Shown: positions 27,001-37,990, counted from the first letter of the stretch. The stretch: 64,000 nucleotides of DNA from Macrostomum lignano (GCA_002269645.1 NIVC01002515.1:101479-165478); one strand, 5' to 3'. Program-made: numbers and translations. The notes: generated from the sequence alone by a model not told the origin.

Positions 27001-30000
27001 TTCTTTTGAGTCTAGTGTGAGATTCTTTGGAGTCTAGTGTGAGTGGGCAAAGTTCCGAAGAATCTCAGCTGTTTATTAGATCCCATCTCCCGAGATTCTG
27101 AGATCCCATCTCCCTAGATTCTGAGATCCCATCTCCCTAGATTTTGAGATCCCATCTCTCGAGATTCTGAGATCCCATCTCTCGAGATTCTGAGATCCCA
27201 TCTGTGATTTTGAGATCCTATCTCCTGAGATTCTTAGATCCCATCTCCCGAGATTCTCAGATCCCATTCACAAAGATTTTCAGATATCTTTTTCCCAGAC
27301 TCCTCACCCCCCAGTCTCACCTGCAGCAGCCAGACGCACAGTACCAAAAGCAGCAATCGCAAAGCCAGCCGTTTGCTAGCCAAGTAGTACAGAACTCGAA
27401 TCCGCCTTGGAACAGCAGGTGCAGGAGCCGAAGTTGCCGCAGCAGTCAACGAATGCATCAAGAAGGCGGCAGTATTAGCATCGGAAGGCTGTCGCCTATG
27501 CATATGATGGAATTGATGAAGCTTGCGCAGCTGCTCAGCAGAATCCGATGCAGTCTGAGCAGTCGCCGGTTTCGAATCACTGTTATTGTCTTCTATAGAC
27601 TCGTCGCAGCCAAGGGTGACAGCCAGGTCTTGAGGAACCTGCTGTATAGATTGCTGCTTTTGTTGTTGTTGGTCTTGCTGCTTCAGTTGCTGCTGCTGTT
27701 GAAGCAGATTAGCAGTCCTCTGCTTAGCCACAGGCAACGGTTCCATTCGCTTGATATCGATAGCCAATATAGTGACAAAGAAGAACATCTGCAGAAAGAA
27801 ATCTGTACACAGACCGACTACAGCAAACAGGGCGAACTCTTGGATGCTGGTGTTGAAGGATAACAAACCCAGACTCAGCAGGCTGACCTCCGCAACCAGG
27901 CTGCGAGTGATGGTCCAGCCTTCTTTGCTCAAGCCCACGGCAACCCTGTGCCTGACCTCCAATTCAACTGGGGTGCTCACAACCGACTTGGTGATGACGA
28001 GAACATTCTCCATGCCTATCAGTACAACCAGATAGGGAAAGGTTTCCGAACCGTTCAGACTTGGCGCGATGCCAAAGTACATGCAGACTCCCACGGACAT
28101 TAGCAGAGAGGCCACCACGGTGAAACAGGCGCCAAAGGCTAAGCCCCACTTGCTCTTCACCATCTGGATTTTGCCTGAGGTTAAGTGAAGGATTGCAATC
28201 ACTTTTATGACCAATGTCTAATGACCGAATTTTTTCAACTATGCGCATTATGACCAAAAGCAGTTTACGATGGCTTACAAATGACCGATATCTATGGCCT
28301 AAATTTGTTTTTTATGACCAATAGGATCAATGAAGCAGCTCATAATAACCATTATGACCAATGAAATTTTCCAAAAAAATCACAGTTAAAAAACCCAACT
28401 CAAAATATAGTCTTAACATGACTAAACTAACGCTAAAAATAAAAATATTTATTCGAAAATAATCTTTCAAAGTTTCAAAGCATGACCCCAACATAAGTTA
28501 CATAACTAACAAAAATGATAGAAAACTTACGAACTGAAAAGTAGATATACAAAAACAGTATGGAATATAGAACCAGCAATGGAGTGTATTCCACAATGAA
28601 ACTGTTGTCTTTAAAATAGATGTGAGTTGGCGTTAGGGAGGCCGACTCCAAAGTAGGCAAGTGCTTAGCCCATGACAGCTTTGCAGCTCGATTGACAAGT
28701 GAATCCACGAATCTAAAACAATAATTATAATATTTATATACATTTTAGGTTCATAAATAACAATGGAACAGCACTCACTCTTGATCATGGTTTCTAAGAA
28801 ACTGACAATGGAACAGCACTCACTCTTGATCATGGTTTCTAAGAAACTGAATGGAACAGCACTCACTCTTGATCATGGTTTCTAAGAAACTGACAATGGA
28901 ACAGCACTCACTCTTGATCATGGTTTCTAAGAAACTGACAATGGAACAGCACTCACTCTTGATCATGGTTTCTAAGAAACTGACAATGGAACAGCACTCA
29001 CTCTTGAGTGTGGTTTCTAAGAAACTGACAATGGAACAGCACTCACTCTTGATTATGGTTTCTAAGAAACTGACAATGGAACAGCACTCACTCTTGAGTG
29101 TGGTTTCTAAGAAACTGACAATGGAACAGCACTCACTCTTGATCATGGTTTCTAAGAAACTGACAATGGAACAGCACTCACTCTTGATTATGGTTTCTAA
29201 GAAACTGAATGGAACAGCACTCACTCTTGATTATGGTTTCTAAGAAACTGAATGGAACAGCACTCAATCTTGAGTGTGGTTTCTAAGAAACTGAATGGAA
29301 CAGCACTCACTCTTGATCATGCTTTCTAAGAAACTGAATGGAACAGCACTCACTCTTGATTATGGTTTCTAAGAAACTGAATGGAACAGCACTCACTCTT
29401 GATCATGTTTTCTAAGAAACTGAATGGAACAGCACTCACTCTTGATCATGGTTTCTAAGAAACTGAATGGAACAGCACTCACTCTTGATTATGGTTTCTA
29501 AGAAACTGAATGGAACAGCACTCAATCTTGAGTGTGGTTTCTAAGAAACTGAATGGAACAGCACTCAATCTTGAGTGTGGTTTCTAAGAAACTGACAATG
29601 GAACAGCACTCACTCTTGATCATGGTTTCTAAGAAACTGAATGGAACAGCACTCACTCTTGATCATGCTTTCTAAGAAACTGACAATGGAACAGCACTCA
29701 CTCTTGATCATGGTTTCTAAGAAACTGAATGGAACAGCACTCACTCTTGATCATGGTTTCTAAGAAACTGAATGGAACAGCACTCACTCTTGATCATGGT
29801 TTCTAAGAAACTGACAATGGAACAGCACTCACTCTTGATCATGTTTTCTAAGAAACTGACAATGGAACAGCACTCACTCTTGAGTGTGGTTTCTAAGAAA
29901 CTGACAATGGAACAGCACTCACTCTTGAGTGTGGTTTCTAAGAAACTGACAATGGAACAGCACTCACTCTTGAGTGTGGTTTCTAAGAAACTGACAATGG

Positions 30001-33000
30001 AACAGCACTCACTCTTGATCATGGTTTCTAAGAAACTGACAATGGAACAGCACTCACTCTTGATCATGGTTTCTAAGAAACTGACAATGGAACAGGACTC
30101 ACTCTTGATTATTTTTTCTAAGAAACTGACTAAGAAATGTTTTCTAAGAAACTAAGAAAACTATACAATGGAACAGGACTCACTCTTGATCATGTTTTCT
30201 AAGAAACTGACTAAGAAATGTTTTCTAAGAAACTAAGAAAACTATACAATAGAACAGCACTCACTCTTGATCATGTTTTCTAAGAAACTGACTAAGAAAT
30301 GTTTTCTAAGAAACTAAGAAAACTATACAATGGAACAGCACTCACTCTTGATCATGGTTTTTTAAAAAAGCGGTCACACAGTATGAGATAACTCGATCTC
30401 TGCTGCGAACATTGAAACGAGAGACGCCAGTGTGACGCCAGGGCATGCCGAATAAAATCTCTGAAATGAATTAATATTTATTACTTATAAATCGGAAGAA
30501 ATATTATTTTCTACTCGGCATCAATGCGAATGCATTAGATAAGCAATACTATTTTTAGCAACAAAATGTCCAAAACCTTTCAGAGGCGATACGTAGACAG
30601 TCCGCAACAGGTTGCGATCAGAATTGAACATCTCAGCTTCCTGTTGCCATAGAGACGCGGGTGACAACAACAGGCAGCCGTAGGCGGGCAGCTGCCGCCT
30701 CTCAGCTGGAGTCAAAGCAGTGGCTTCATCAACAGTAAAACACAGGTTGCTCAGACTGGCGTTGCCGTGTTGAAAATCGCGAACCAAAGCGTGAAGTTCG
30801 AAGCTGCCAGCGAGGGCCGCCCGCAGAGCATCAACGGATGCCTGCTTGGACACGTGGACGGTGACCAGCAACTGCAGAATCACAGCCTCGGCCGGCCGGT
30901 GCAACTGCGCGGAGAAAATAACAGAGATTGTCATTTGGGATAATGGGAATTCTGAGGATTTTGGGACAATGGGGATGTATGAGGATTTGGGAAAATGAGG
31001 ATGTCTGAGGATTTTGGGACAATAGGGATGCTTGACTGAGGATTTGGGAGAATGGGGATGTCTGAGGATTTTGGGACAATGGGGATGTATGAGGATTTGG
31101 GAAAATGAGGATGTCTAAGGATTTGGGAGGGGATGTCTGGGATTTGGGAAAATGGGGATGTCTGGGATTTGGGAGAATGGGGATGTCTGAGGATTTTGGG
31201 ACAATGGGGATGTATGAGGATTTGGGAAAATGAGGATGTCTGAGGATTTTGGGACAATGGGGATGTCTGAGGATTTGGGAGAATGGGGATGTCTGGGATT
31301 TGGGAAAATGGGGATGTCTGGGATTTGGGAAATGGGGATGTCTGAGGATTTGGGAAAATGGGGATGTCTAAGGATTTGGGAGAACGGGGATGTCTGGGAT
31401 TTGGGAAAATGGGGATGTCTGGGATTTGGGAAAATGGGGATGTCTAAGGATTTGGGAAAATGGGGATGTCTGGGATTTTTGGGAAAATGGGGATGTCTGA
31501 GGATTTGGGAAAATGGGGATGTCTAAGGATTTGGGAGAAGAGAATGGGGATGTCTGGAATTTGGGAAAATGGGGATGTCTGGGATTTGGGAAAATGGGGA
31601 TGTCTAAGGATTTGGGAGAATGGGGATGTCTGGGATTTGGGAAAATGGGGATGTCTGAGGATTTGGGAAAATGGGGATGTCTAAGGATTTGGGAAAATGG
31701 GGATGTCTGGGATTTGGGAAAATGGGGATGTCTGAGGATTTGGGAAAATGGGGATGTCTAAGGATTTGGGAGAAGAGAATGGGGATGTCTGGGATTTGGG
31801 AAAATGGGGATGTCTGGGATTTGGGAAAATGGGGATGTCTGAGGATTTGGGAAAATGGGGATGTCTAAGGATTTGGGAGAATGGGGATGTCTGGGATTTG
31901 GGAAAATGGGGATGTCTGGGATTTGGGAAATGGGGATGTCTGAGGATTTAGGAAAATGGGGATGTCTGGGATTTGGGAAAATGGGGATGTCTGAGGATTT
32001 GGGAAAATGGGGATGTCTAAGGATTTGGGAGAATGGGGATGTCTGGGATTTGGGAAAATGGGGATGTCTAAGGATTTGGGAGAATGGGGATGTCTGAGGT
32101 ATTGAGATAATCAGAATGTCTGGGAGAATCCTTGGGAGTTAAGAAAATGGGATTGTCTGTTTTGGGAGAATGGGAATGGGAAAAATTAAGAACTTGAAAC
32201 AGGCAGTGACTGAATTTCAGTTTGTTAAAAAATTGTTCAATAAAAAGCACAATCTCCCAACACAGACTGTTCAGTGGCATTCGGATCTTTAAGAATCTAA
32301 GCACACACAGAACTCAGCACTAAGGCCTGGGGTAGCACACAACTACTAGTACTATTGTACCCGCAGTTTCAGTATATCAAAAATACGAGCACCGGTATAA
32401 CTTTATTATATATGGTATAAAAATAGAAAATGGCAAGACCTGAGTCACCTGACACACAAGACTCTAAATTAGCTAGCCTTTCTGTCCAATGTATAGAAGA
32501 ACTAATATATCACGCCATGATAGTAAAATACTGTTGTTACTGGAGAATGAGTCATTAAGGGTCGGAAGAGAGAGAGAGAGAGAGAGAGAGGAGAGGTCAC
32601 GGCGTATTAAAATATTATTTTAGAAAATAGGCTACCGGTTTTAAGCCTCTGGGCTCTTCGTCAGGCCAAAAATCTGTGTGTAATGCAAAGCAAGTTGGTC
32701 TTTTAAGTATTATTTTTCTTAGTCTGATAAAACTGATGAGTAGTTGTACATATGAGGGATTTACATTTAAAACCCTGTTTTGTCTAGCTCTAACTTGTCC
32801 CAGAGGCTTTCCACCATTCATTTCAATCGACAGTATATTTATTATATAAAAATTGTTTTTTTTCGAAGTACTATACGATTAGATGAAATTCCAGTATTGG
32901 AGGTAGGAGCGTAAAAATCGATATTTGTGCGTACAATCAAGTAGTTTGGATAAAATAAATGACAAAGTGAATAAATATTGTACTTCAATAGGGTAAAATG

Positions 33001-33530
33001 ACCACATTGGTTAAAATGATTCAATGGTTTCCTGGCTGAGACTTGAACTTATTGGGAGCCAGGAGGCTCTGTAAATTTCGTTGCCGTGTAAATGCGGGCA
33101 GTATGCGGGAGCCTGGTTTATTTTGTAGCTTATCAAAGTTTTTAGCAATCTCGTTGGCAAGCCAGATCGTAGATGGGTGAAAAGGGAGGACCATTGGGAT
33201 GGGTCGGAGAAGATGATTGTCGACCCTGATGTTCGTACCTGGCGGTTTGTCAGTCCCCAGTTTTTTTATCCAGATTTCTTCCCTTAGTTCGATTTTGTTG
33301 TTATTAAGAACTTGTTCAATGGCAATGGTGACAAAGTTGGCAATCGAGTGATTGGGGGTGAGAAAGTGCTCTGACCCCGAAGTAACGATTCTCCTGTTAA
33401 TATTTGACCTGTGCTGGTTCATTCTATCTCTCATTGTTCTTCTAGTTATACCTACATAGAGGATTTTCCCAGGGTGGCACTGGTTACAGGAGATGCCACA
33501 GATGATGCTCTTGGTGCCACAGGACAGGCT

Positions 33531-33588
<58 letters not shown>

Positions 33589-33933
33589 ACAGACAGACAA
33601 GACACACAAAGAAAAATATTTTCAATAAGCTACATCTACAGACTTTGTAATAGTAATTGGAAAGTCAAAAAGGGCCGCTCAGAACATTACATTAAAGTAC
33701 ATAGACACCATACTCACCCAAGGCCGTGTAGGTGACACAGAACTGCCAGTCAGATTATTAGGCTTGTCTATGACAAACTCATATGGTGACCGACTAGGAA
33801 TGGACAGAGTCAACAGTGGATACCAGAAGAACAGAATTATAAGAATTACGCCAGCCAAAATGTACACAGGGAATCTTGCGCATAGGATGCCATGGTAATA
33901 GAACAGGCGACTGACTTGACGCTTAATAGACAT
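20564..33933 (-). CDS. SCAP: SREBP cleavage-activating protein, 9 coding exons: 33933-33718, 30904-30577 (or -30550), 30460-30346, 28712-28531, 28174-27321, 26669-26198, 23783-23458, 22729-22013, 21031-20564
   Basis: Collinear match to human SCAP as recalled: [87 protein letters not shown], then WD40 repeats. All introns are GT-AG with consistent phases (0,1,2,1,0,1,0,0); total 3678 or 3705 nt. Confidence 0.95.
21190..21660. repeat. 30-bp minisatellite (AACTATTTTGGTCATTCAGAATCGATAATT)n in SCAP intron 8
   Basis: Period 30. Confidence 0.95.
22013..22729 (-). CDS. SCAP: SCAP exon 8 (WD40 repeats, polyAla)
   Basis: SIWCMSL...[12 protein letters not shown]...[11 protein letters not shown]...[10 protein letters not shown]; CAG|GTGAGT donor. 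The acceptor at 22730 is the in-frame choice and is not independently confirmed. Confidence 0.85.
22900..23425. repeat. 22-bp minisatellite (GAGTCTAGAGTGAGATTCTTTG)n in SCAP intron 7
   Basis: Period 22; same family as 26697-27045. Confidence 0.9.
23458..23783 (-). CDS. SCAP: SCAP exon 7 (first WD40)
   Basis: TVVPVVL...MDVDLV...[11 protein letters not shown]; atttcAG acceptor and CGG|GTGGGT donor. Confidence 0.85.
23800..24560. repeat. About 29-30-bp minisatellite (ACTCAAGATCTCACAAACTCGGACAC..)n at the 3' end of SCAP intron 6
   Basis: Direct tandem units. Confidence 0.92.
24565..26201 (-). repeat. 41/28-bp minisatellite built from the SCAP exon 6 donor junction
   Basis: Sense-strand unit GCTT|GTGAGTGATGCTTTTAG TGACTGAGTAGGGTGACTGA; the first unit overlaps the true donor at 26197. 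Confidence 0.95.
26198..26669 (-). CDS. SCAP: SCAP exon 6 (loop 7, TM8)
   Basis: [21 protein letters not shown] matches human HWPTLFSYYNITLAKRYIS; T|GTGAGT donor. Confidence 0.92.
26697..27045. repeat. 22-bp minisatellite (GAGTCTAGTGTGAGATTCTTT[T/G])n in SCAP intron 5
   Basis: Period 22. Confidence 0.92.
27077..27265. repeat. About 23-bp minisatellite (GAGATCCCATCTCCCGAGATTCT)n in SCAP intron 5
   Basis: About 8 degenerate units. Confidence 0.85.
27321..28174 (-). CDS. SCAP: SCAP exon 5 (sterol-sensing domain, polyQ insert, TM7)
   Basis: [11 protein letters not shown]...[25 protein letters not shown]...DFFLQMFFF; CAG|GTGAGA donor. Confidence 0.95.
28531..28712 (-). CDS. SCAP: SCAP exon 4 (THIYFKD...LYIYFSV; TM2, YIYF motif)
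   Basis: ttttAG acceptor and C|GTAAGT donor. Confidence 0.92.
28761..30360 (-). repeat. 45/43-bp minisatellite built from the SCAP exon 3 donor junction
   Basis: Sense-strand unit GTCAGTTTCTTAG AAACCATGATCAAGA GTGAGTGCTGTTCCATT; about 35 units; the first unit overlaps the true donor at 30345. Confidence 0.95.
30346..30460 (-). CDS. SCAP: SCAP exon 3 ([37 protein letters not shown]), absent from the ORF track
   Basis: ttcatttcAG acceptor and GA|GTGAGT donor; 115 nt, phase 1 to 2; matches human LLFGVPGKYSGVS...RMVSYTITL. Confidence 0.88.
30577..30904 (-). CDS. SCAP: SCAP exon 2 (luminal loop 1)
   Basis: Acceptor ttttctccgcgcAG; [14 protein letters not shown]...[13 protein letters not shown]. 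Two phase-1 donors are possible: GTTTTG at 30576 or GTATTG at 30549. Confidence 0.85.
30935..32100. repeat. 25-27-bp minisatellite (GGGGATGTCTGAGGATTTGGGAAAAT)n in SCAP intron 1, abutting the exon 2 acceptor
   Basis: Direct tandem units. Confidence 0.94.
32630..32667 (-). ncRNA. Minimal type I hammerhead-ribozyme-like motif at the PLE 3' end
   Basis: GGC-CUGACGA-AGAGCC-CAGA-GGCUU-AAAA-CCGG-UA-GCC: stem I GGC/GCC, stem II GAGCC/GGCUU, palindromic stem III. The core GAAA reads AAAA. Confidence 0.65.
33021..33532 (-). CDS. PLE GIY-YIG endonuclease ORF, 5' truncated at the microsatellite and possibly inactive
   Basis: Open frame of about 170 codons. The first-motif Tyr appears as Cys (IIC). The segment [10 protein letters not shown]...[12 protein letters not shown] follows the nuclease domain. 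Confidence 0.75.
33718..33933 (-). CDS. SCAP: SCAP exon 1 ([22 protein letters not shown]...RPW; TM1)
   Basis: ATG at 33933; donor TGG|GTGAGT at 33717; 216 nt, phase 0. Confidence 0.92.
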
Positions 33934-35319
33934 TTATTTTTTGTTCATATGTTAGCAAATCTATGCAATTGGGAATATTTGATAAATCATTTCTGTCTTA
34001 TTACTATAAGGCTTGAATATTTAGTTAAAATCCAAAAACCAGAAAGGGATAAGGTATAACTTATTATAACTTATAGACAAATTTACAATATTACAATCAA
34101 CTAAATTCTATTTAAATGTAAATATAACAAGTTCAAGTTAGCTAAAAGTTTTAACAAAATTAGAAATCCACCATAGCTGCAGATATGACTATAGGAAGTT
34201 ATAGATACAGATGCTTTTATGGATACAGATGCTCATATTTCCCATATCTAGTTAATCTAGTAAAAGTGACTATTCAGTTTGTCTTGATTTAATATGTAAG
34301 AATAGGGTAGAACATCATACATGAGTGAACATTGCTTGTTTCAAAGCTTTTCTAAAAGGAATTCTCAAGTCCCTGCAGTTGGAGACTTAAGCAAGAGATT
34401 TTAAACCCTATGTATGACATTGTATAGATAAACCAGTAGGGGACTAAAATTTAAATGAATGTTTTCATTCTCAATAAAAGGGAGCTTTGCAGTCCCTAGG
34501 GTCAAGGATTTAGGCAATAGAGCCACATATGTAGTTGGAACAGAAGGGGCTAAATTTAAGATAAATGCAATCTCAGCCACTCTTTTTGTACAATTAATAA
34601 ATGAGACCTATTAATGACACTTAGTCATTAATATTATTGTTATTCCATATTTTAACATTATATTCAATATTATAGTGAATGATCTTCTAAAATGATTTTT
34701 CATTGAAATGTGCAAACAGGATAAGAGCAAATATAATGCATCAAGTCTGAACTGAAAGACATATTTTCCATTCTATAGAACTATGTCACATTTAGTCTGA
34801 AGACTTCTACTTTTGGAAATGGAAAGTGTTTGTCAGTTTTTATCTAGCAACTTCAATGAGATTGTGGTATGAATTCAAAAATGCAAAATATGACCAAAAC
34901 AGGGCTACTTATGAATAGAAAAAATAGTTACATACTATAAAATACAAATAATGAGTTAATTATAAATTTTCAAAAGAACAATAAAATGCAATAAAATAAC
35001 ACAAAACATAGACCAATAGGACAAATTTCACAAAAGTTACATTAAAGTCAAGTTACACAATTTTGCAAGAAATTTCTTAATTGGTTATGGTTATGGCAGT
35101 CAACACTTGCGGCAATAAAACACTATTTTAGACTTTACCAAAAATTATTTTTTACTTTGTTTTGCTTCTATCAAATAGGCAATGTCAAATTCCAAAATCT
35201 GGCCATGGATTTTCTAATACAGAATTCATTGAAAAACATGTTAGGATAAATACTACTTTTATGTTATGCTACACTTTTTGTTTCTAAAGCCTAAAGTACT
35301 TACTATATATACAAGTGAA

Positions 35320-35904
35320 CCATAGTCAGGATCATGTCATGGTATATGCCGGAAAAAAAAGTCTCCTAAAAATATATGCCACTTCATACTGAAACGTACG
35401 CCAAGGTCCTAGGAACTTATGCCAGGTTTTCTAGGCTTTGCGACACTAAATGACCTTTTTTGTATGTTACACATTTTTTAACAATTTTAACAATAAAAAT
35501 TTAACAAATGTGTGGTTTTCATTTCAAGTAAATTGGCTTACAGATAATGCCAACAAAAATAATTTTTTAGAAAATTACACAATTAGTTTGCGTGGAATTT
35601 TAAATTTTTTTAAATCATGAATAGTTATGAACTTTCATCTTACAAGTTTTATGGTTTTTATGATTTTATAATAAGATTTTGAGGTTACAGCATTATGCCA
35701 ACAATTGTTAATATTAACTTTGGCATGCAGGTTGGAGTTGGCATATGCTGCTTGGCATATTTACGCCATGGTGTCATGCCAAAAGGTATGCCAAATATAT
35801 TTTGCCTCATTTTTTATGCCAATTGTATGCCAAAAAAGTAAAATTTTCAATTGTATGCCAGAAATTTCTAGCGTAATATAAATCATCCTGACTATGGGCC
35901 ATGG
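35320..35904. mobile_element. Non-autonomous DNA transposon (MITE) with an 8-bp TSD, hAT/P-like
   Basis: Inverted CCATAGTCAGGAT at 35320 and 35885-35897; CAAGTGAA duplicated at 35312-35319 and 35905-35912; many internal TATGCC/GGCATA subrepeats. Confidence 0.7.
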
Positions 35905-36930
35905 CAAGTGAATAATGGTTTTAAGGCCTTTATATGCACTTTGAATGGCAAACAAACAGATTGCATATCAATTTTTTATTAATTATATATAATTAAAAAG
36001 TACTTACTTGGGAATACTAGCTATCAAATAAGCATTTTTCAATATTTGGCATACTACATACATAGATAAGTAATAACAATAATGTGATAGGCAAATAATA
36101 ACTATACTCTATAGACTAAAAGAACACAAATAAATTTTAAATTATAAAATGATCAGTGTTGCTACAGGCATTTGAAAAAAAATAGACGCAGCCGATAAAA
36201 AAAAACGCAGGCAGTACTAAAAATTATAATGAAGCTCAGAACTACTCTATTGTACATTCATGCCTCTGCCCTGCCTACGTGGGTGTGCTCTGTGTTTTTG
36301 CATATGTACACGGCACCGTGTAAAGCAACAATTTTCTTAACAAATCCAAAGCCTGCTGTCCTTAATTTTTAGATGCAAACTGCTAGTACATTACACGTTA
36401 GATGCCAGTCAGTAGCTAATACAAGTATTAAGAAGCTGTTCTCGAGTTGCACAACTGCAGGCTGTACCCTTGTCTGTTGAGCAAATAATGATGAACGACA
36501 TCAAGGAGTTCGAGGAACAAATTTACATTGCACTATTAGTAGAATACAGAGAAATGATCTAGGCCCTGAAACATCCTAGCACTGTGCCCTGGACATACAA
36601 CTATACTGTATAAATGCACACAAGTGACTAGCAGCCCTAGGATGATTAACAACAAGATACATTAGCAACGAAACATGTTCTTATATCTAATGCATAATAG
36701 AAAATCACGACGATGCTGAGCAATACAATAGTAAAAAGGCTAAGAGTACATCAGTACATTTTATTCCAAAATCAACACGGCTACCAGCCAACCAGCAGAT
36801 GTCATAAATGGTCACATGCAAAAATGTATGTTTTTCCTCTTTAATCAGCAGCGGCCAGCGAGTGCACAAAAATTGGCCGATGGATATTGGCTAACAGACA
36901 AACTAGGATACGCAACTTATCCTGCACTTC

Positions 36931-37423
36931 TTGGGTTGTCCAGAAAGTTCTGTCTGATTTTTTCACATGGTCTAACTTCCTTATACTAAAACTTTCTTAT
37001 CTATTATCCATTGTTGTTCATATTTGCCTATTAGCAATACATGATACTCACCTTTCTACCACCACTTGCATCTAACTGAAAGTTGCTTCTTTCCAGCAAA
37101 GAATGGCACATGATAAAGAGCACCTTTTGCACTGCTTGCTCTATCTATCTATTCGCGCCATTGACTGGCATCTGCAAGGCAAGAGCTTCGACAACGAACT
37201 GGCCCTCATCTCAGAGATCGGCAACTTTTTCGACTCTCGGCCAGAGCAGTTCTACAGGGACGGCGTTGGTTCCCTGCCACACCACACCGCTGGCGACAGG
37301 TGGTGGACCGTGGACACCGATGTCACATACATTACCGACTGAAACCAGGTTATTCATGAAAAATAGTCGAACGAACATTTGTATAAAAAAATGGACAGAA
37401 CTTTCTAGACATTGGACAACCTA
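36931..37423 (+). mobile_element. Internally deleted mariner element retaining the transposase C-terminus
   Basis: HLQGKSFDNELALISEIGNFFDSRPEQFYRDGVGSLP resembles Hsmar1/Mos1 FLQGKRF...FYATGINKL. Degenerate TIRs GGTTGTCC..AGAAAGTTCTGTC at both ends. Confidence 0.8.
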
Positions 37424-37715
37424 TACATATAAGAGCGACAGTGAGTACGTATACGTGCAATATGTGTATCTCGATCGATGGCCGATGCAAACATACATGG
37501 AAACAGCACGACAACAACAATGCAACAACTTGAAGAATAAATGTAAAAATTCATGTCATCTGTTACTCTTTCAGTTCTCACTGTCTCTACCCTCTCAGTC
37601 ACTCAAAGAGCAAGATTGCGAGCATAGCTGTTCGTAATAAAATGCATGTAAAATAAAACTGATGCCTAGATCATACCTGGATGCATCTTTGTTGCAAACC
37701 CTGTATCCCCATATG

Positions 37716-37933
37716 CAGTGTTTGGCAAAGTTTATTTTTGGAAAAGTTCAATTCATTTTAAAAATGATATTGAAAGAATAGCAGAATGAGATCATTTTTA
37801 ACTGTTTGGCAGTAGAATGAGGTAAAGAAATGGTTGTTACTCGAGCATGACTGGCCAAGTAGGAAATGCCCTTGCATAAAGTTCAAAAGTTTGTTGTACG
37901 AAAGTTCCTTTTTCGTGAACTTGCCCAACACTG
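37716..37933. mobile_element. Small MITE with CAGTGTT(T/G)GGCAA inverted ends
   Basis: Inverted termini visible; no clean TSD. Confidence 0.45.
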
Positions 37934-37990
37934 CCTATCTATTTATGTCTATGTAAGCCCAAAAATCATTGTTACCAAAAGTTACCGGCG

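Larger units (their letters stand above)
32596..33532 (-). mobile_element. Penelope-like element (GIY-YIG endonuclease ORF, no RT) between (GA)n microsatellites in SCAP intron 1
   Basis: [16 protein letters not shown]...LYVGIT-RT-RDRMNQH...EHF-P-HS...IEQ...[14 protein letters not shown] is the PLE GIY-YIG pattern with CCHH. Flanks are (AG)n 32567-32595 and (GA)n 33533-33584. Confidence 0.85.

Noticed and set aside
28761-30360. CRISPR-like appearance of regular 40-45-bp arrays (also 24565-26201 and 43393-44735)
   Set aside because: There are no unique spacers and no cas genes, and the context is eukaryotic intronic DNA.
32728-32790. Plus-strand CTGATGAG as a second hammerhead
   Set aside because: No downstream stem II followed by GAAA, and no stem I.
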